A DNA stretch of 64,000 nucleotides from Candidatus Entotheonellaceae bacterium (GCA_965238075.1 OZ250173.1:3104001-3168000); one strand, 5' to 3'. Positions 39,248 through 50,671 are shown, counted from the stretch's first letter. Notes: generated from the letters alone by a model not told the origin. Translations and numbers: made by a program.

Positions 39248-39766
39248 TCAATCTTGTAAAAGTGAAAAGACCTGGTGGTCCTGCAAGCGTGCACGACCAT
39301 TCAGATCACACAATTCAATGAGAACAGCAACTTCGATGATCTTGCATTGGAGTCTTTGAAGCAAGCCGAGCGTTGCGCAAATGGTTCCACCCGTGGCGAG
39401 AACGTCGTCCATTAGAACGACGCGCGAGCCTGGCACAGCCGCATCGCGATGTACTTCCAATTCGCCCACGCCGTACTCGAGTTCGTAAGAGGTTTTCAGC
39501 GTCTCGGCCGGTAATTTGCCTGGTTTGCGTACCAACGTGAGACCGGCCTTGAGCTTATAGGCCAGAGCTGCCGCAAGAACGAACCCGCGGGCCTCAATGC
39601 CGACAACTTGGTCAACGCCTTGTCCGGCATAGCGGTCTGCGAATGAATTGACTACTGCATGGAAAGCGTCGGGGTTGGCCAAGAGTGGGGTAATGTCCTT
39701 AAATGCAATGCCCTCTTTGGGGAAATCGGGAATCACTCGAATTTTCTCTCGCAAAGTATCCAGCAC
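39248..39766 (-). CDS. apt: Adenine phosphoribosyltransferase
   Basis: IPDFPKEGIAFKDITPLL, IEARGF, RKPGKLP, YELEYG, DDVLATGGT; GTG 39766 follows RBS AGGGGAG. Confidence 0.97.
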   Translation of the reverse strand: MLDTLREKIRVIPDFPKEGIAFKDITPLLANPDAFHAVVNSFADRYAGQGVDQVVGIEARGFVLAAALAYKLKAGLTLVRKPGKLPAETLKTSYELEYGVGELEVHRDAAVPGSRVVLMDDVLATGGTICATLGLLQRLQCKIIEVAVLIELCDLNGRARLQDHQVFSLLQD

Positions 39767-39933
39767 AGGCCTCTCCCCTTTTGGATTTGGACGATGCGTT
39801 TTAGCAGGACGGAACCGAAGCGGTTTCTCAAAGCTGTGCAGGGAAGTAAAATTCCGGGTGGGCGTGCCTTCTAAAACCGTGATGTCGATACCATCGCGGT
39901 GCTGAAGGCATTTTGTGCAATACCAAGGCATGA

Positions 39934-40007
39934 TCGGGGCGAGAAGATTTGAACTTCCGGCCTCCTGCTCCCGAAGCAGGCGCGCTACCAGGCTGCGCTA
40001 CGCCCCG
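39934..40007 (-). tRNA. tRNA-Pro(CGG)
   Basis: CGGGGCG acceptor stem, anticodon arm CCTGC-TTCGGGA-GCAGG. Confidence 0.95.
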
Positions 40008-40049
40008 ATTCATGTGCTTTAAAAATAAATTCATACATTCCAAAGAGAG

Positions 40050-40123
40050 TCGGGGCGAGAGGATTTGAACCTCCGACTCCTTGCACCCCATGCAAGTGCG
40101 CTGCCAGGCTGCGCCACGCCCCG
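40050..40123 (-). tRNA. tRNA-Pro(GGG)
   Basis: CGGGGCG acceptor stem, anticodon arm CTTGC-ATGGGGT-GCAAG. Confidence 0.95.
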
Positions 40124-40124
40124 A

Positions 40125-40562
40125 TTATATGGGATGTTTCTTTTGCAATAAGGTCATCATTTCATGGATGTTTTTCTTCAACAATGCAAGTGCTGCTCTA
40201 AGGTCGGAAGGTGCCGACGTGTCAGCGGCAAGGCTGTGCGACTCATCCCTTCCTCGGTGATCTGACAAGCCGTTGACCGTTTCATGAAGAATTCCAGTAA
40301 TTCCCTTTCGAGCCTCCTGGGACGAGCTGCGCTGATAGGCTAACAATTGCCTCGCCCCAGAGATTGTATAGCAATCCGTGTAAAGGAGATTCTTGATCTC
40401 CATAAGCGTATCAATATCCGCTTTGGCATACAGACGTTGCCCGGAGGGATTCTTTTTTGGCTTTAGGCAGGGAAACTCCGATTCCCAATACCGCAACACA
40501 TGCGGCTTTACGCTAAGCAATTTTGCGACTTCGCCAATTTTGAAAAAGGGTTTTGTTACCAA
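40125..40562 (-). CDS. MerR-family HTH protein (type usually found between ihfA and tRNA-Pro)
   Basis: FFKIGEVA...[16 protein letters not shown]...GQRLY, YTISGAR. Confidence 0.9.
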   Translation of the reverse strand: MVTKPFFKIGEVAKLLSVKPHVLRYWESEFPCLKPKKNPSGQRLYAKADIDTLMEIKNLLYTDCYTISGARQLLAYQRSSSQEARKGITGILHETVNGLSDHRGRDESHSLAADTSAPSDLRAALALLKKNIHEMMTLLQKKHPI

Positions 40563-40687
40563 AGGTTGTCACCTGCCCCGATGATTCGGCTCTCTTGTTG
40601 TCTCGCTCGAGGTGGGAGGGACCTTATCACCTGCCCCCGGTTCTGTCAATTTGGCAGGGCCTTTACAATGCGTAGCCGACCGAAGTC

Positions 40688-41998
40688 TCATTTGTGCCTT
40701 AGATGCAAGCGAATCGGGGTGCCAGCAAATGTAAAGTGTTGCCGAAATTGATTTTCCAAGTACCGCTGGTAATAACCTTTGATGCCCTGAGGGTAATTCA
40801 CAAAACATAGAAAAGTCGGAGGTTGGATCGCTGTCTGTAAGGCAAAGGAGAATTTTACAAATTTCCCGCGATACGACGCCGGCGGATGTTGACGGGTAAC
40901 AGCCTTCAAACATTCGTTCAAGGCGGCTGTTGGTATGCGGCGCTTTGACGCCTCAACAACCGTATCAATTAGCGGAAACAGCTTGACGATCCGCATGCCA
41001 CTAAGGGCCGAGATGGTAACGACCGGCGCGTGCGACATGAAGGGTATGGCCTCACGAATGGCACGTACGGAAGCGTCAAACGTCTTGGACGTCTTGTCGA
41101 CGGCATCCCACTTGTTGACAACGATGACGCATGCCTTGCCCTGCCGCTCAATGTAGCTGGCGATTCGGACATCCTGCTCACCCACCTCTGTCGTGGCGTC
41201 TAGCATCAGAACGGCGACTTCGCAATGCTGAATGCGGTTCAGGGTAACTGCCACAGTCGCTTTTTCGAGCACGGCGCCGATGCGGCGCGGCTTGCGCATG
41301 CCGGCTGTGTCCACCAGGGTATAGAACTGCGAATTGGTGCGGACCTGGGTATCAATCGCGTCTCGTGTGGTGCCCGGCGCATCATCCACCAACAGGCGGT
41401 CTTCCCGCAGTATGCAGTTGACCAGCGAAGATTTGCCGACGTTTGGCCTGCCAACGATGGCAACCGACACCCCGGCAGATTCGGCCTCAAGGTCCGAGGC
41501 GGCAGGCAGAACTGTCAAGATCGCGTCGAGCAAATCGCCTAAACCCTGACCATGTTCGGCGGAAATCCAATGCGGGGTGCCGAAACCCAGGCGATGCAGG
41601 GGCGTCAATTCAACATCTGCAGTTGCCCTTTCAGCTTTATTGCCGACGAGTAGCACGGTCTTGCCGGCTTTATGCAGTTGCAACGCAATATCCTGATCCG
41701 CGGCGGTGATTTCCTCCCGACTATCGAGCACAAAGAGAACAACGTCGGCCTCGCCAATCGCTTGCAGGGTTTGATCGTGAACGGCTTCCAACAGGCGGCT
41801 CGTCTCGGTGGGCATGATGCCGCCCGTATCAATCAGACGGAAGGAACACCCAAGCCATTCCGCCACGCCATAATGGCGGTCTCGCGTAACTCCAGCGGTC
41901 TTATCCACCAGTGCGGTGTGGCGGCCAATGATGTGGTTAAACAGGGTGGATTTCCCCACATTGGGGCGTCCGACGATGGCAACGGTAGGCGGTGACAT
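40688..41998 (-). CDS. der: Ribosome biogenesis GTPase Der
   Basis: Two GRPNVGKS P-loops, GVTRD and GTTRD, C-terminal RYLEN..R..F.F.GTP. Confidence 0.98.
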   Translation of the reverse strand: MSPPTVAIVGRPNVGKSTLFNHIIGRHTALVDKTAGVTRDRHYGVAEWLGCSFRLIDTGGIMPTETSRLLEAVHDQTLQAIGEADVVLFVLDSREEITAADQDIALQLHKAGKTVLLVGNKAERATADVELTPLHRLGFGTPHWISAEHGQGLGDLLDAILTVLPAASDLEAESAGVSVAIVGRPNVGKSSLVNCILREDRLLVDDAPGTTRDAIDTQVRTNSQFYTLVDTAGMRKPRRIGAVLEKATVAVTLNRIQHCEVAVLMLDATTEVGEQDVRIASYIERQGKACVIVVNKWDAVDKTSKTFDASVRAIREAIPFMSHAPVVTISALSGMRIVKLFPLIDTVVEASKRRIPTAALNECLKAVTRQHPPASYRGKFVKFSFALQTAIQPPTFLCFVNYPQGIKGYYQRYLENQFRQHFTFAGTPIRLHLRHK

Positions 41999-42037
41999 TG
42001 AACGTTTACCTGAGTTAGAGCACTTGGGCGGCAGAAC

Positions 42038-43456
42038 CTAGGCGTCAAAAAGCCGCCTGCGGCGACTGGCGGGCGGAATGTGCAGCTCCTGGCGGTATTT
42101 TGCAACCGTGCGCCGGGCGATATTGATGTTCTTATCTCCCAACATGGCCACGAGCTGTTGGTCCGTCAAGGGCTTACGGGTATCTTCTGCCCCCACCATC
42201 TTGCGAATTGTATCCTTGACACTGACGGAGGACATCGCGTCGCCCTGGAAAGATTTCAAGCCGCTGTGGAAGAAGAACTTGAGCTCGAAGACGCCTTGGG
42301 GCGTATGGATGTATTTGTTCGTCGTCACCCGGCTAACCGTTGATTCATGCATGCCGATGTCGTCCGCCACATCTTTCAAGACCAACGGATTCAGATACGC
42401 CAGGCCTTTGTCGAGAAAATCCCGCTGAAACATGCACAAGCTCTTGGAGACCTTCATAAGCGTCTGCCTGCGCTGCTCGATACCCTTGACTAGCCATACC
42501 GCCGACCGAAACTTCTCTTCCAGATAATCCTTCGCGTCCTCTTGCAGCCCAGTGTCGCGGCGTAGCAGTCGTTGGTACTGTGCGTTAATGTTTAGCTTCG
42601 GCACATCGTCGTCGTTGAGCATGATCTGGTAGTCGTCTCCAACCTTTACGACGTATACATCTGGCACAATGTACTCGACCCGACTGGAGACGTATCGATT
42701 GCCGGGTTTGGGGTCCAACTCACGGATGGCCCTGACTGCGGCGAGCACATCCTCAAGCGGGGCATGGAGTGTTTTGGCGATCTTTCTGAAGTTGCGTTCG
42801 TCAATCTGATCGAGATGATAGCGGATGATGCAGGATGCCAGGGAAGCATCCATATCAAGCTGTTGGAGTTGGATGAGCAGGCATTCGCGCAAGTCTCGCG
42901 CGCCTACCCCGGCAGGGTCGAAGCCTTGAATGACCTCCAAGACACCTTCGACCTCGGCGCATGGCACCCCGAAAGTTTCCGACACTTCTTCGGTTTGGCA
43001 GTTCAGGTAGCCGTTCTCGTCGATGTTGCCAATAAGATAAATGCCAATCTGCTTTCCCTGGCCGCTTTGCACCGCCAGGGAAAGTTGCCATAAAAGGTAT
43101 TCTGTTAGCGAGGTTTCGTTGCTTATGGTGGATTCGAGGGAGGGAACCTCCCTGCCAATCTCGGTGGGGAAATTCTCATAACTTCCCTCTTCTTGCAGAT
43201 AGGCCTCCCAGCCCGTTTCAAAATCTTGGCGTCCATCATCGAGGGGTGTTTCGGCAGTTTCCTTTTGTGCTAGGTCGTTGTCAGATTCCTCGGTGGTCGG
43301 AACCTCCTCAAGAAACGGATTCTCAAGCATTTCTTGTTGGATTCTCTCTACCAATTCCAGGCGGGACAGCGGCAAGAGTTTGATCGCCTGCTGCAGGGCG
43401 GCCGTCATGACCAGCCTTTGCGCTGTTCTCAGCGATAGCTTTGCTTCAAGTGCCAC
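42038..43456 (-). CDS. rpoN: RNA polymerase sigma-54 factor
   Basis: LQQAIKLL, GVGARDLRECL, HESTVSRVTTNKY, RpoN box ARRTVAKYR. Confidence 0.98.
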   Translation of the reverse strand: MALEAKLSLRTAQRLVMTAALQQAIKLLPLSRLELVERIQQEMLENPFLEEVPTTEESDNDLAQKETAETPLDDGRQDFETGWEAYLQEEGSYENFPTEIGREVPSLESTISNETSLTEYLLWQLSLAVQSGQGKQIGIYLIGNIDENGYLNCQTEEVSETFGVPCAEVEGVLEVIQGFDPAGVGARDLRECLLIQLQQLDMDASLASCIIRYHLDQIDERNFRKIAKTLHAPLEDVLAAVRAIRELDPKPGNRYVSSRVEYIVPDVYVVKVGDDYQIMLNDDDVPKLNINAQYQRLLRRDTGLQEDAKDYLEEKFRSAVWLVKGIEQRRQTLMKVSKSLCMFQRDFLDKGLAYLNPLVLKDVADDIGMHESTVSRVTTNKYIHTPQGVFELKFFFHSGLKSFQGDAMSSVSVKDTIRKMVGAEDTRKPLTDQQLVAMLGDKNINIARRTVAKYRQELHIPPASRRRRLFDA

Positions 43457-43475
43457 GGTCTGACCTCAAACCGTC

Positions 43476-44225
43476 TCATGACGGGTCATAAGACAGATTA
43501 AATCCTTCCCCCAGATATATCTGCTTGACCTCAACATTTTCTACCAGTTCTTCAGGGGTGCCGTCATACAACACACAGCCGTCGTGTAAGATGTAGGCCC
43601 TGTCGGTAATCTTGAGCGTTTCTTGTACCCGATGATCCGTAATTAGGATGCCAATCCCCTTCTCCTTCAAAGAGCAAACAAAGGTCTGAATGTCATTTAC
43701 CATAATCGGATCAATACCGGTAAAGGGTTCGTCCAACAGAACAAAGCGGGGCGATGTGGCAAGCAGGCGGGCCAGCTCCACCCGGCGCCGTTCGCCGCCC
43801 GATAACGATTGCCCGGGCGTGTCTCGCAGGGCTGTTAAGCGAAACTCCGTCAAAAGTTCCTTCAAGCGTCGGAGACGTTCAGCGCGATTGCCGGAAACCG
43901 TTTCGAGAATGGCGAGAATATTCTCGGCGACCGTCATTTTGCGAAAAATGGAGGCTTCCTGCGGCAGATAGCCGATCCCCAAGCGGGCCCTCTGATGCAT
44001 CGGCAGATGCGTCAGCGCCCTCCCCTCCAAACACACGGTTCCTTTGTCCGGGCGAATCAAGCCCACGACCATGTAAAACGTGGTCGTCTTGCCAGCGCCG
44101 TTGGGTCCCAACAGGCCGACGATCTCCCCGGCCTTTACGTCGATACTGACGTCCTGCACAACCGCCCGGCCCCGGTACGTTTTCCAAATTGCGTGCGTTG
44201 TCAGATGTCCTTGCGAAGGTTTCAT
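43476..44225 (-). CDS. lptB: LPS export ABC ATPase LptB
   Basis: [39 protein letters not shown]. Confidence 0.96.
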   Translation of the reverse strand: MKPSQGHLTTHAIWKTYRGRAVVQDVSIDVKAGEIVGLLGPNGAGKTTTFYMVVGLIRPDKGTVCLEGRALTHLPMHQRARLGIGYLPQEASIFRKMTVAENILAILETVSGNRAERLRRLKELLTEFRLTALRDTPGQSLSGGERRRVELARLLATSPRFVLLDEPFTGIDPIMVNDIQTFVCSLKEKGIGILITDHRVQETLKITDRAYILHDGCVLYDGTPEELVENVEVKQIYLGEGFNLSYDPS

Positions 44226-44755
44226 GGTTCGCTGCCGGGTGATTGGTTTGGATGGAAGCGTACCCGGGCTCCCTTGACGAGAATTCTTTCTTCTTCAAGG
44301 AAGACGATAATCTCATCGCCAATCAATTCATTCTGTTCGCCGCTGTCCCAAGCACGGGGGTTGCCCACCAGAACAAGCTTTTGATCAGCCTCATAATAAT
44401 CGGCACGTTCGGCGACGGCGCGGCGGGTGCCATCCTGAAAGCGCACGTTGCCGGTGGCAATGATATGTTTGATCTTATTTTCATCAGCATCTCGGACAAC
44501 GCGTAAATGATCGCAGTCGATGGTGAGGCTGCATCGCGTTACGCGGACCCTTTCCTTGAATATGAACGTGTTAGTATCTTGGTCAAACGTCATCTGTTCC
44601 GAAGTTACGTCCAATGTCGCTTCGGATCCTTCGCAATCCGACTGCTGCAAACGCTCCGAAATGGCTGGTTTATCGGATTGCGACTGACTTGCGATGTAAA
44701 CAGGAAGCGCCAGCACCGCCGCGATCACGATGGCAATCCGTTGCAAGGGCATCAC
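44222..44755 (-). CDS. lptA: LPS export periplasmic protein LptA
   Basis: Signal peptide, OstA-like beta-jellyroll ([17 protein letters not shown]); lies before lptB. Confidence 0.88.
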   Translation of the reverse strand: MMPLQRIAIVIAAVLALPVYIASQSQSDKPAISERLQQSDCEGSEATLDVTSEQMTFDQDTNTFIFKERVRVTRCSLTIDCDHLRVVRDADENKIKHIIATGNVRFQDGTRRAVAERADYYEADQKLVLVGNPRAWDSGEQNELIGDEIIVFLEEERILVKGARVRFHPNQSPGSEP

Positions 44756-44773
44756 CCTAACCTCTCACCCACC

Positions 44774-45346
44774 TCAAGGCTGCGGTTGATGAAAAGAGAC
44801 CCTGACTTGTCGTTGCAGGGCAAAGCGCTGCTGATCCACACTGCCGGAAAAACCTGTGCCCACGATATCTATCGCTTCGGCGCTTATCCTCACTTCCGCA
44901 TCCGTGCGCAACGTGCGATTTGCCGCGTCCCAATGGAGTACCGCCGTTTCGAGGTCATATCCCCAAATGGGACGAAGCAGAACGCGACCTTCAACGGTCA
45001 TGTCTCCGGTGGAACTATTAATCTGGCCGCGTTCAGCGGTCAAATGCAACGTTTCAACGTTATGCGGAAAGAATTCGGCTTGCAATTGTTTCACAAGGGC
45101 TAGCCGCCTGGCGTCGTAAAATGCAATTTCCTTCGCAAACAGCTCCCATGACTTTGACTGCTCGGCAGTCGCCTGTTCAATAACGAAAACATCCTGCACC
45201 CACATGCCCGGCGTATCGTCGTTCAGCAATGGATCCGCATACTCAGACTTCTCGGAGCGACCGAGAAACAAGAACTGGAGACGGCTCTCAAGGGTTAGTA
45301 CGACCGCCATTACGCATAAGGCGCCCACAAAAAAATACCATTTCAT
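44774..45346 (-). CDS. lptC: LPS export protein LptC
   Basis: N-terminal TM, WELFA, LTAERG, V.G.V, L.W, GTGF; lptC-lptA-lptB order. Confidence 0.82.
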   Translation of the reverse strand: MKWYFFVGALCVMAVVLTLESRLQFLFLGRSEKSEYADPLLNDDTPGMWVQDVFVIEQATAEQSKSWELFAKEIAFYDARRLALVKQLQAEFFPHNVETLHLTAERGQINSSTGDMTVEGRVLLRPIWGYDLETAVLHWDAANRTLRTDAEVRISAEAIDIVGTGFSGSVDQQRFALQRQVRVSFHQPQP

Positions 45347-45833
45347 CCTGGCGCAACCCCTCAACAGGAGGATTGAAATATCTCGCATAGGTAGTGTCGT
45401 GTGACGTGCATCGCACGGTACGGCGTTCGGAAGGTGCGATCTCAATGCGGACTTGGAGCGGTGATGCGGAGAAAAGAGATGGAAATTTATCGGCCCATTC
45501 AACAATCACGACGCCTCCCGATTCGACATATTCTTCAAAGCCGAGGTCCCAAACATCGTCAGGGCTTGTAAGCCGGTAGAAGTCGAAATGATAAAGGGGG
45601 ACAGACCCTTGATATTCATTCACCAAGGTAAATGTCGGGCTGCGCACGTAGACGGTAGAACTGATGCCCAAACCCTCGGCAAATCCTTGCACAAGCGTTG
45701 TTTTGCCTGCACCCAGCGGGCCGCAGCATGTAATGACATCGCCGCCGCGGGCTTGACTCCCCAAGTAAACACCTACCGCCTTGGTTTCTTCAGCACATGA
45801 TGTGTGCCAGTGCTGTTCGAGGGTAGTCGGCAT
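45288..45833 (-). CDS. tsaE: tRNA t6A biosynthesis ATPase TsaE
   Basis: GPLGAGKT, SPTFTLVNEY, HFDFYRL, VEWAD. Confidence 0.96.
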   Translation of the reverse strand: MPTTLEQHWHTSCAEETKAVGVYLGSQARGGDVITCCGPLGAGKTTLVQGFAEGLGISSTVYVRSPTFTLVNEYQGSVPLYHFDFYRLTSPDDVWDLGFEEYVESGGVVIVEWADKFPSLFSASPLQVRIEIAPSERRTVRCTSHDTTYARYFNPPVEGLRQDEMVFFCGRLMRNGGRTNP

Positions 45834-45839
45834 AATGCC

Positions 45840-47219
45840 TCAACAATTTGCCGAGGGGTTCTCTGGCGTGCCCAGTTCGGCCTCAATAGCCTGGCAAATG
45901 TTGCTGGCTAAGGGCGTGAGCGTCGAAACCTCCAGGCCCTCCAGTAAAACACGAGCCACAGGTTCCGTTCCGGATAGTCGGACGAGCACGCGACCGGTAT
46001 CGCCAAGTGTCCGCTCGGCGGTGTCTATGGCAAGCCGAATACTCGGAAAGCTGAGGGGATCACGGCGCTCGGAAAGCCTGACGTTGGTTAACACTTGGGG
46101 AGACCTGTGAAAGCTGCGGGCGAGGTCAACCATAGAGGTCTGACCCATTTGCATGGCTTGCAAGAGTTGTAAAGCCGTAAGCAATCCATCACTCGTTTCG
46201 AGATATTCGGAAAAGATAATGTGTCCGGAGGGTTCCCCTCCTACAACGGCTCCCGTTTGCCGCATCCCCTGCACGACATGTTTGTCACCAACTTGTACGG
46301 TATGCAGGGTGCAATCCAAACGCTGCAGGGCTTGCTTCAAACCCCAGTTGGCCATCACGGTGCTGACGACAGCCTGGGGCGTAAGGTCGCCAACCTTCGA
46401 GAGCATCTCGGCGCAGATGGCGAGGATATTGTCACCGTCGAGCACTTGACCGGTGTGATCCACCACGGTGAGTCGGTCAGCGTCACCATCAAAGGCAAAT
46501 CCGACGTCCAGCTTGCGCGCAACCACGTGCTGCTGGAGAGATTCTGGATGCAATGAGCCGCACTGCTGATTGATGTTGGTCCCGTTTGGTGCCGTGTGCA
46601 GTGCCCAAACCTCAGCTCCTAGCTTTTCAAACAACGCGGGAGCGATCTGGGACGCAGCGCCGTTCGCACAGTCTAGGCCGATACGCGACTGTACCGGGCA
46701 TGTACCGCGAAAGGTGGATTTCAGAAAGTCGACGTAGCGTTGTGCCGCAGTTGAATAGGGTTGGGAACGGCCAACCGCTTTGCCGGTCGGGCGTGGGAGG
46801 GTATCTGGTGAGTCTTGAAGGCGAGCCTCGATTTCCTCTTCAAGGCCCGTTTCGATCTTGGCTCCTGACGGCGAGAAAAATTTGATCCCGTTGTCGGCAT
46901 AGGGATTATGAGAGGCCGAAACCATGACGCCGGCAACTGCCTGTAACTGCCGGGTCAGGTGCCCCACGCCGCCCGATGGGATCACGCCAAGTTGAAGTAC
47001 GTCAACGCCAGCCGAACATAGACCAGCAGTCAGAGCGGCTTCGAGCATTGTCCCCGATAAACGGGTGTCTCGCCCGATGACGAAGCGTGGTCTCGCTTCA
47101 TAACCCGGAGTCGTCAGGATTTCAGCCGCCGCCCGGCCGATGGCCATGGCCGCTTCCGGTGACATCGGCTCAACGTTCGCAACGCCCCGAACGCCATCTG
47201 TGCCAAACAGGTTAGCCAT
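45840..47219 (-). CDS. glmM: Phosphoglucosamine mutase
   Basis: LFGTDGVRG, GRDTRLSG, SASHNP..DNGIKFF, FDGDADR, VRLSGTEP. Confidence 0.97.
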   Translation of the reverse strand: MANLFGTDGVRGVANVEPMSPEAAMAIGRAAAEILTTPGYEARPRFVIGRDTRLSGTMLEAALTAGLCSAGVDVLQLGVIPSGGVGHLTRQLQAVAGVMVSASHNPYADNGIKFFSPSGAKIETGLEEEIEARLQDSPDTLPRPTGKAVGRSQPYSTAAQRYVDFLKSTFRGTCPVQSRIGLDCANGAASQIAPALFEKLGAEVWALHTAPNGTNINQQCGSLHPESLQQHVVARKLDVGFAFDGDADRLTVVDHTGQVLDGDNILAICAEMLSKVGDLTPQAVVSTVMANWGLKQALQRLDCTLHTVQVGDKHVVQGMRQTGAVVGGEPSGHIIFSEYLETSDGLLTALQLLQAMQMGQTSMVDLARSFHRSPQVLTNVRLSERRDPLSFPSIRLAIDTAERTLGDTGRVLVRLSGTEPVARVLLEGLEVSTLTPLASNICQAIEAELGTPENPSANC

Positions 47220-47279
47220 AAGGCGCCTCTCGTCTCCCCCGCCACGGGCAGATCAACCCAAAAGGCTTCCCCTGTCTTC

Positions 47280-49145
47280 TCACGAAACCGTATTGGAGTC
47301 ATTGGGCAACATGGAAGGAACGACGCCGTTGCCGTTGTTTGACTTGCTGCACTCCGCGACAAGTGCGGCGATCTCGTCGGCATTCAGTTCTTCGCGCTCA
47401 ACGAGGGCTTGGGCAAGGGCGTGCAGGATGTGGATGTTGGCAGAAAGAATGGATTTCGCGCCTTCATAGCCATTGTTCACAAGCCGTTTAACTTCTTCAT
47501 CGATGGCAATGGCCGTGACCTCGCTGTAGTCCTTGTGCTGGGTAATCTCACGCCCGAGGAAAATCTGTTCCTCCTTCATTCCAAAGGCCAGAGGGCCCAT
47601 GCGGTCGCTCATGCCCCACTCGCAGACCATCTTGCGGGCAAGTTCGGTGGCCCGCTCAATGTCATTGCCGGCGCCCGTTGTCGGGTCTTTGAAGATGATT
47701 TCCTCCGCGGCCCTGCCTCCCATGTATATGTGAAGGTTGTTCACCAGGTATTCGCGTGGGTACGCGTGTTTTTCCTCCACAGGGAGTTGCTGCGTAATAC
47801 CTAGGGCCATGCCTCGGGGAATAATTGTGACCTTGTGAATGGGGTCGGTGCCGGGCAGGAGTTTCGCCACCAGCGCATGGCCGGCCTCATGATAGGCGGT
47901 GACCTTCTTTTCCTCATCGCTGATGACCATGCTGCGGCGTTCGGCGCCCATCATGACTTTGTCCTTGGCGCTTTCAAAATCTCGCATGTCAACCTGAGCT
48001 TTGTTATGCCGAGCAGCGAATAGCGCCGCTTCATTGGCAAGGTTGGACAGATCCGCCCCCGAGAACCCCGGCGTGCCGCGCGCCAAGATCGCCAAATCGA
48101 CGTCGCTGGCGAGGGGGATGTCCTTCGTGTGCACAGTCAGAATGCCGGCCCGACCGCGTACATCGGGTCGGGATACCACCACCTGTCGGTCAAACCGTCC
48201 GGGGCGCAAAAGAGCCGGGTCGAGGACATCCGGGCGGTTTGTCGCGGCGATCAGAATGACGCCTTCGTTTGACTCGAAGCCATCCATTTCCACCAAGAGT
48301 TGATTCAGGGTCTGTTCGCGTTCATCGTGTCCGCCGCCCAAGCCGGCGCCCCGATGACGCCCAACCGCGTCGATTTCGTCAATAAACACGATGCACGGTG
48401 CGTGTTTCTTGCCTTGTTCGAACAGGTCCCGCACACGAGACGCGCCCACGCCCACAAACATTTCGACAAAATCCGAGCCGCTGATGCTGAAGAACGGCAC
48501 ATTCGACTCACCCGCAATCGCCCGGGCCAACAACGTCTTACCCGTCCCTGGGGGGCCCATCAACAGAACACCTTTGGGAATTTTCCCGCCCAGTTTCTGG
48601 AAACGTTGCGGATCTTTCAGAAAATCAATGATCTCTTCCAATTCAGCTTTCGCTTCATCGGCCCCCGCGACGTCAGAAAAGGTGGCTTTTTTCTTCTGCT
48701 CGGAAAGCAAGCGGGCGCGGCTTTTTCCGAATGACAGGGCCTTGCTGCCCCCACTCTGCATTTGCCGCATGAAGAACACCCATAGACCGATCAATAACAT
48801 GACCGGTGCCCAGGACAGGAGAAACTGTACAAGGTAAGAGTTCTTTTCCGGGGGTTCGACTTCGATGCCGACTTGGCTGTCGCGGAGAAAGGGAATCAGG
48901 TCGGGGTCTTCCGGGGCATACGTTTTGAACTGGCCGTCAGCACCCTCGCCGCCGACGTACTCACCGGTGATTTCCTCTCCCTGGATGTGTACCGTACGGA
49001 CACGATTCTGCCGTACTTCCTCGATAAAATCGCTGTATGAGATTTCTTGTATGGGCTGACTCGCTGTATTGAAGTAACTCCAGGTGAAGACAAGGATGAG
49101 GCCAAAAACCAACCACAGAGCAAGTTTTTGATAGAATTGGCTCAA
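47280..49145 (-). CDS. ftsH: ATP-dependent zinc metalloprotease FtsH
   Basis: Two TMs, [38 protein letters not shown]. Confidence 0.99.
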   Translation of the reverse strand: MSQFYQKLALWLVFGLILVFTWSYFNTASQPIQEISYSDFIEEVRQNRVRTVHIQGEEITGEYVGGEGADGQFKTYAPEDPDLIPFLRDSQVGIEVEPPEKNSYLVQFLLSWAPVMLLIGLWVFFMRQMQSGGSKALSFGKSRARLLSEQKKKATFSDVAGADEAKAELEEIIDFLKDPQRFQKLGGKIPKGVLLMGPPGTGKTLLARAIAGESNVPFFSISGSDFVEMFVGVGASRVRDLFEQGKKHAPCIVFIDEIDAVGRHRGAGLGGGHDEREQTLNQLLVEMDGFESNEGVILIAATNRPDVLDPALLRPGRFDRQVVVSRPDVRGRAGILTVHTKDIPLASDVDLAILARGTPGFSGADLSNLANEAALFAARHNKAQVDMRDFESAKDKVMMGAERRSMVISDEEKKVTAYHEAGHALVAKLLPGTDPIHKVTIIPRGMALGITQQLPVEEKHAYPREYLVNNLHIYMGGRAAEEIIFKDPTTGAGNDIERATELARKMVCEWGMSDRMGPLAFGMKEEQIFLGREITQHKDYSEVTAIAIDEEVKRLVNNGYEGAKSILSANIHILHALAQALVEREELNADEIAALVAECSKSNNGNGVVPSMLPNDSNTVS

Positions 49146-49208
49146 GAGAGGCTCCTTAACAGCCGGGATTAATTAAGCCTTGGCTAATCAGCATTTTGCA
49201 ATGCGCGC

Positions 49209-49238
49209 ATCATAACACACCGGTCTTTTCCATGACAA
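49209..49238 (-). promoter_or_regulatory. Putative sigma70 promoter of ftsH
   Basis: TTGTCA-18 nt-TATGAT with an extended TG. Confidence 0.45.
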
Positions 49239-49273
49239 ACAACGGCGGGTGGTTCCGTATGCCCTGTCCTGCC

Positions 49274-50671
49274 CTAACGCGTTATTTCAGAGCACGCCAA
49301 TTCCAACACCTGCCGCGTTTTCGGACGGAGCTTGAAGGGCTCTGCGATCCGATATCCAACGACCCACAGGATTTTCGCTCTAGCCAATACCAGAGGGACA
49401 TACGGCCGCATGGCCTTGGGCACCTTATTGTTGACAAAGAAGTCCTGCAGCTTTTGGGAGCCTGCCGCTCCGAGGGGATGAAAGCGGTCGCCGGGCTGAG
49501 GGAATCGTATAGACAGCGGGGACGCAGCCGCGTCCAAGTCCAAGAAAACACGGCGAGGTTCCACTTGGTCCTGCCACCCTTGGGTGAGGCCAAGCGCTCT
49601 GGCGGTGAGTGACAAGGCAAGACCGTGCAGGGTCAGGGTGCCGGGGACTGGCAGGAGGACGGATAAAGAAGTCGGCGGCAGCGCCCTTGCCTGCCATAAC
49701 AAGACGACATCACTGTGCCGTTCGGCTATCAACTGACCTGCAAGCGTTAAGCGTCGTCCAACCTTGTCGTCGTTAACAGCAAACTGCCACAATGCTTCTA
49801 TATCACGAAAGCCCGCCGCATTGCCCGAGTTGGGCAACCGGTCCATGGCATATCGCAGGAGGCGACGTTGCATGGCGAGGGGGGCAGCGGCAAATGGCGC
49901 GCGCCTTATGGCAAGCATCGTGTTGCCAACTCTCCAACTCAGCACTTGCTTTGCCAAATCCTCGGTTCGCTGCTCGAGAACATCGTTGTCGGCACGTAGC
50001 ATGTCGGCCACATGATGCAGCCGCTGGGCGATGTTGGGGTGATATGCCCGCAACGTGGGTATCAGGTCGAGGCGAATCCGACTCCGCAAATAATTTCGGC
50101 TCATATTTGAACTGTCCTCCACCCACGGAATGCCAGCGGCCCGGAGATACTCCAGGATGGAATGCCGATGCACCTCAAGCAGAGGACGAATAAACGGCAT
50201 CCGTTTGGCCGGAATGCCCGCCAATCCGGCAGGGCCGCCCCCGCGCAGCAGCCGCATGAGCAGGGTTTCGGCTTGGTCGTCGGCTGTATGGCCTAAGGCA
50301 ATATGGGTGGCTGCAAGCGAACGGAACAGCGACTGTAGAGCGCCATATCGTAACTGACGGGCGGCGTGCTGCGGCGACAAGCCGGTGCGTCGCTTCAGGG
50401 CTTTGACGTCAACGTTTGTTTTGTGGAAGGGCAAGCCCAGCTTATCTGCGTAGCGTTCGACAAACCGGGCATCTCGAGCGGCCTCCTTGCCTCGAAGCTG
50501 ATGGTTGATGTGGGCCACGATTAACGTCAGGCGGTAAGTCGATTCAAGCCTGTGCAGCAAGGAAAGCAGAGCCATGGAGTCTGCGCCGCCAGAGACTGAC
50601 ACAATGACCTTGGCTCCGGGACATAACAACTCGTGTGCCTCGACAAACCTCTGGACCTCAGCGACAAGCAT
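49274..50671 (-). CDS. tilS: tRNA(Ile)-lysidine synthetase
   Basis: SVSGGADSMAL, HINHQLRG, GHTADDQAET, IRPLL, C-terminal TilS domain. Confidence 0.97.
   Translation of the reverse strand: MLVAEVQRFVEAHELLCPGAKVIVSVSGGADSMALLSLLHRLESTYRLTLIVAHINHQLRGKEAARDARFVERYADKLGLPFHKTNVDVKALKRRTGLSPQHAARQLRYGALQSLFRSLAATHIALGHTADDQAETLLMRLLRGGGPAGLAGIPAKRMPFIRPLLEVHRHSILEYLRAAGIPWVEDSSNMSRNYLRSRIRLDLIPTLRAYHPNIAQRLHHVADMLRADNDVLEQRTEDLAKQVLSWRVGNTMLAIRRAPFAAAPLAMQRRLLRYAMDRLPNSGNAAGFRDIEALWQFAVNDDKVGRRLTLAGQLIAERHSDVVLLWQARALPPTSLSVLLPVPGTLTLHGLALSLTARALGLTQGWQDQVEPRRVFLDLDAAASPLSIRFPQPGDRFHPLGAAGSQKLQDFFVNNKVPKAMRPYVPLVLARAKILWVVGYRIAEPFKLRPKTRQVLELACSEITR

Noticed and set aside
37955-40123. Genomic island integrated at the tRNA genes
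   Set aside because: No integrase and no duplicated tRNA 3' end other than the two genuine tRNA-Pro genes; flanks are housekeeping
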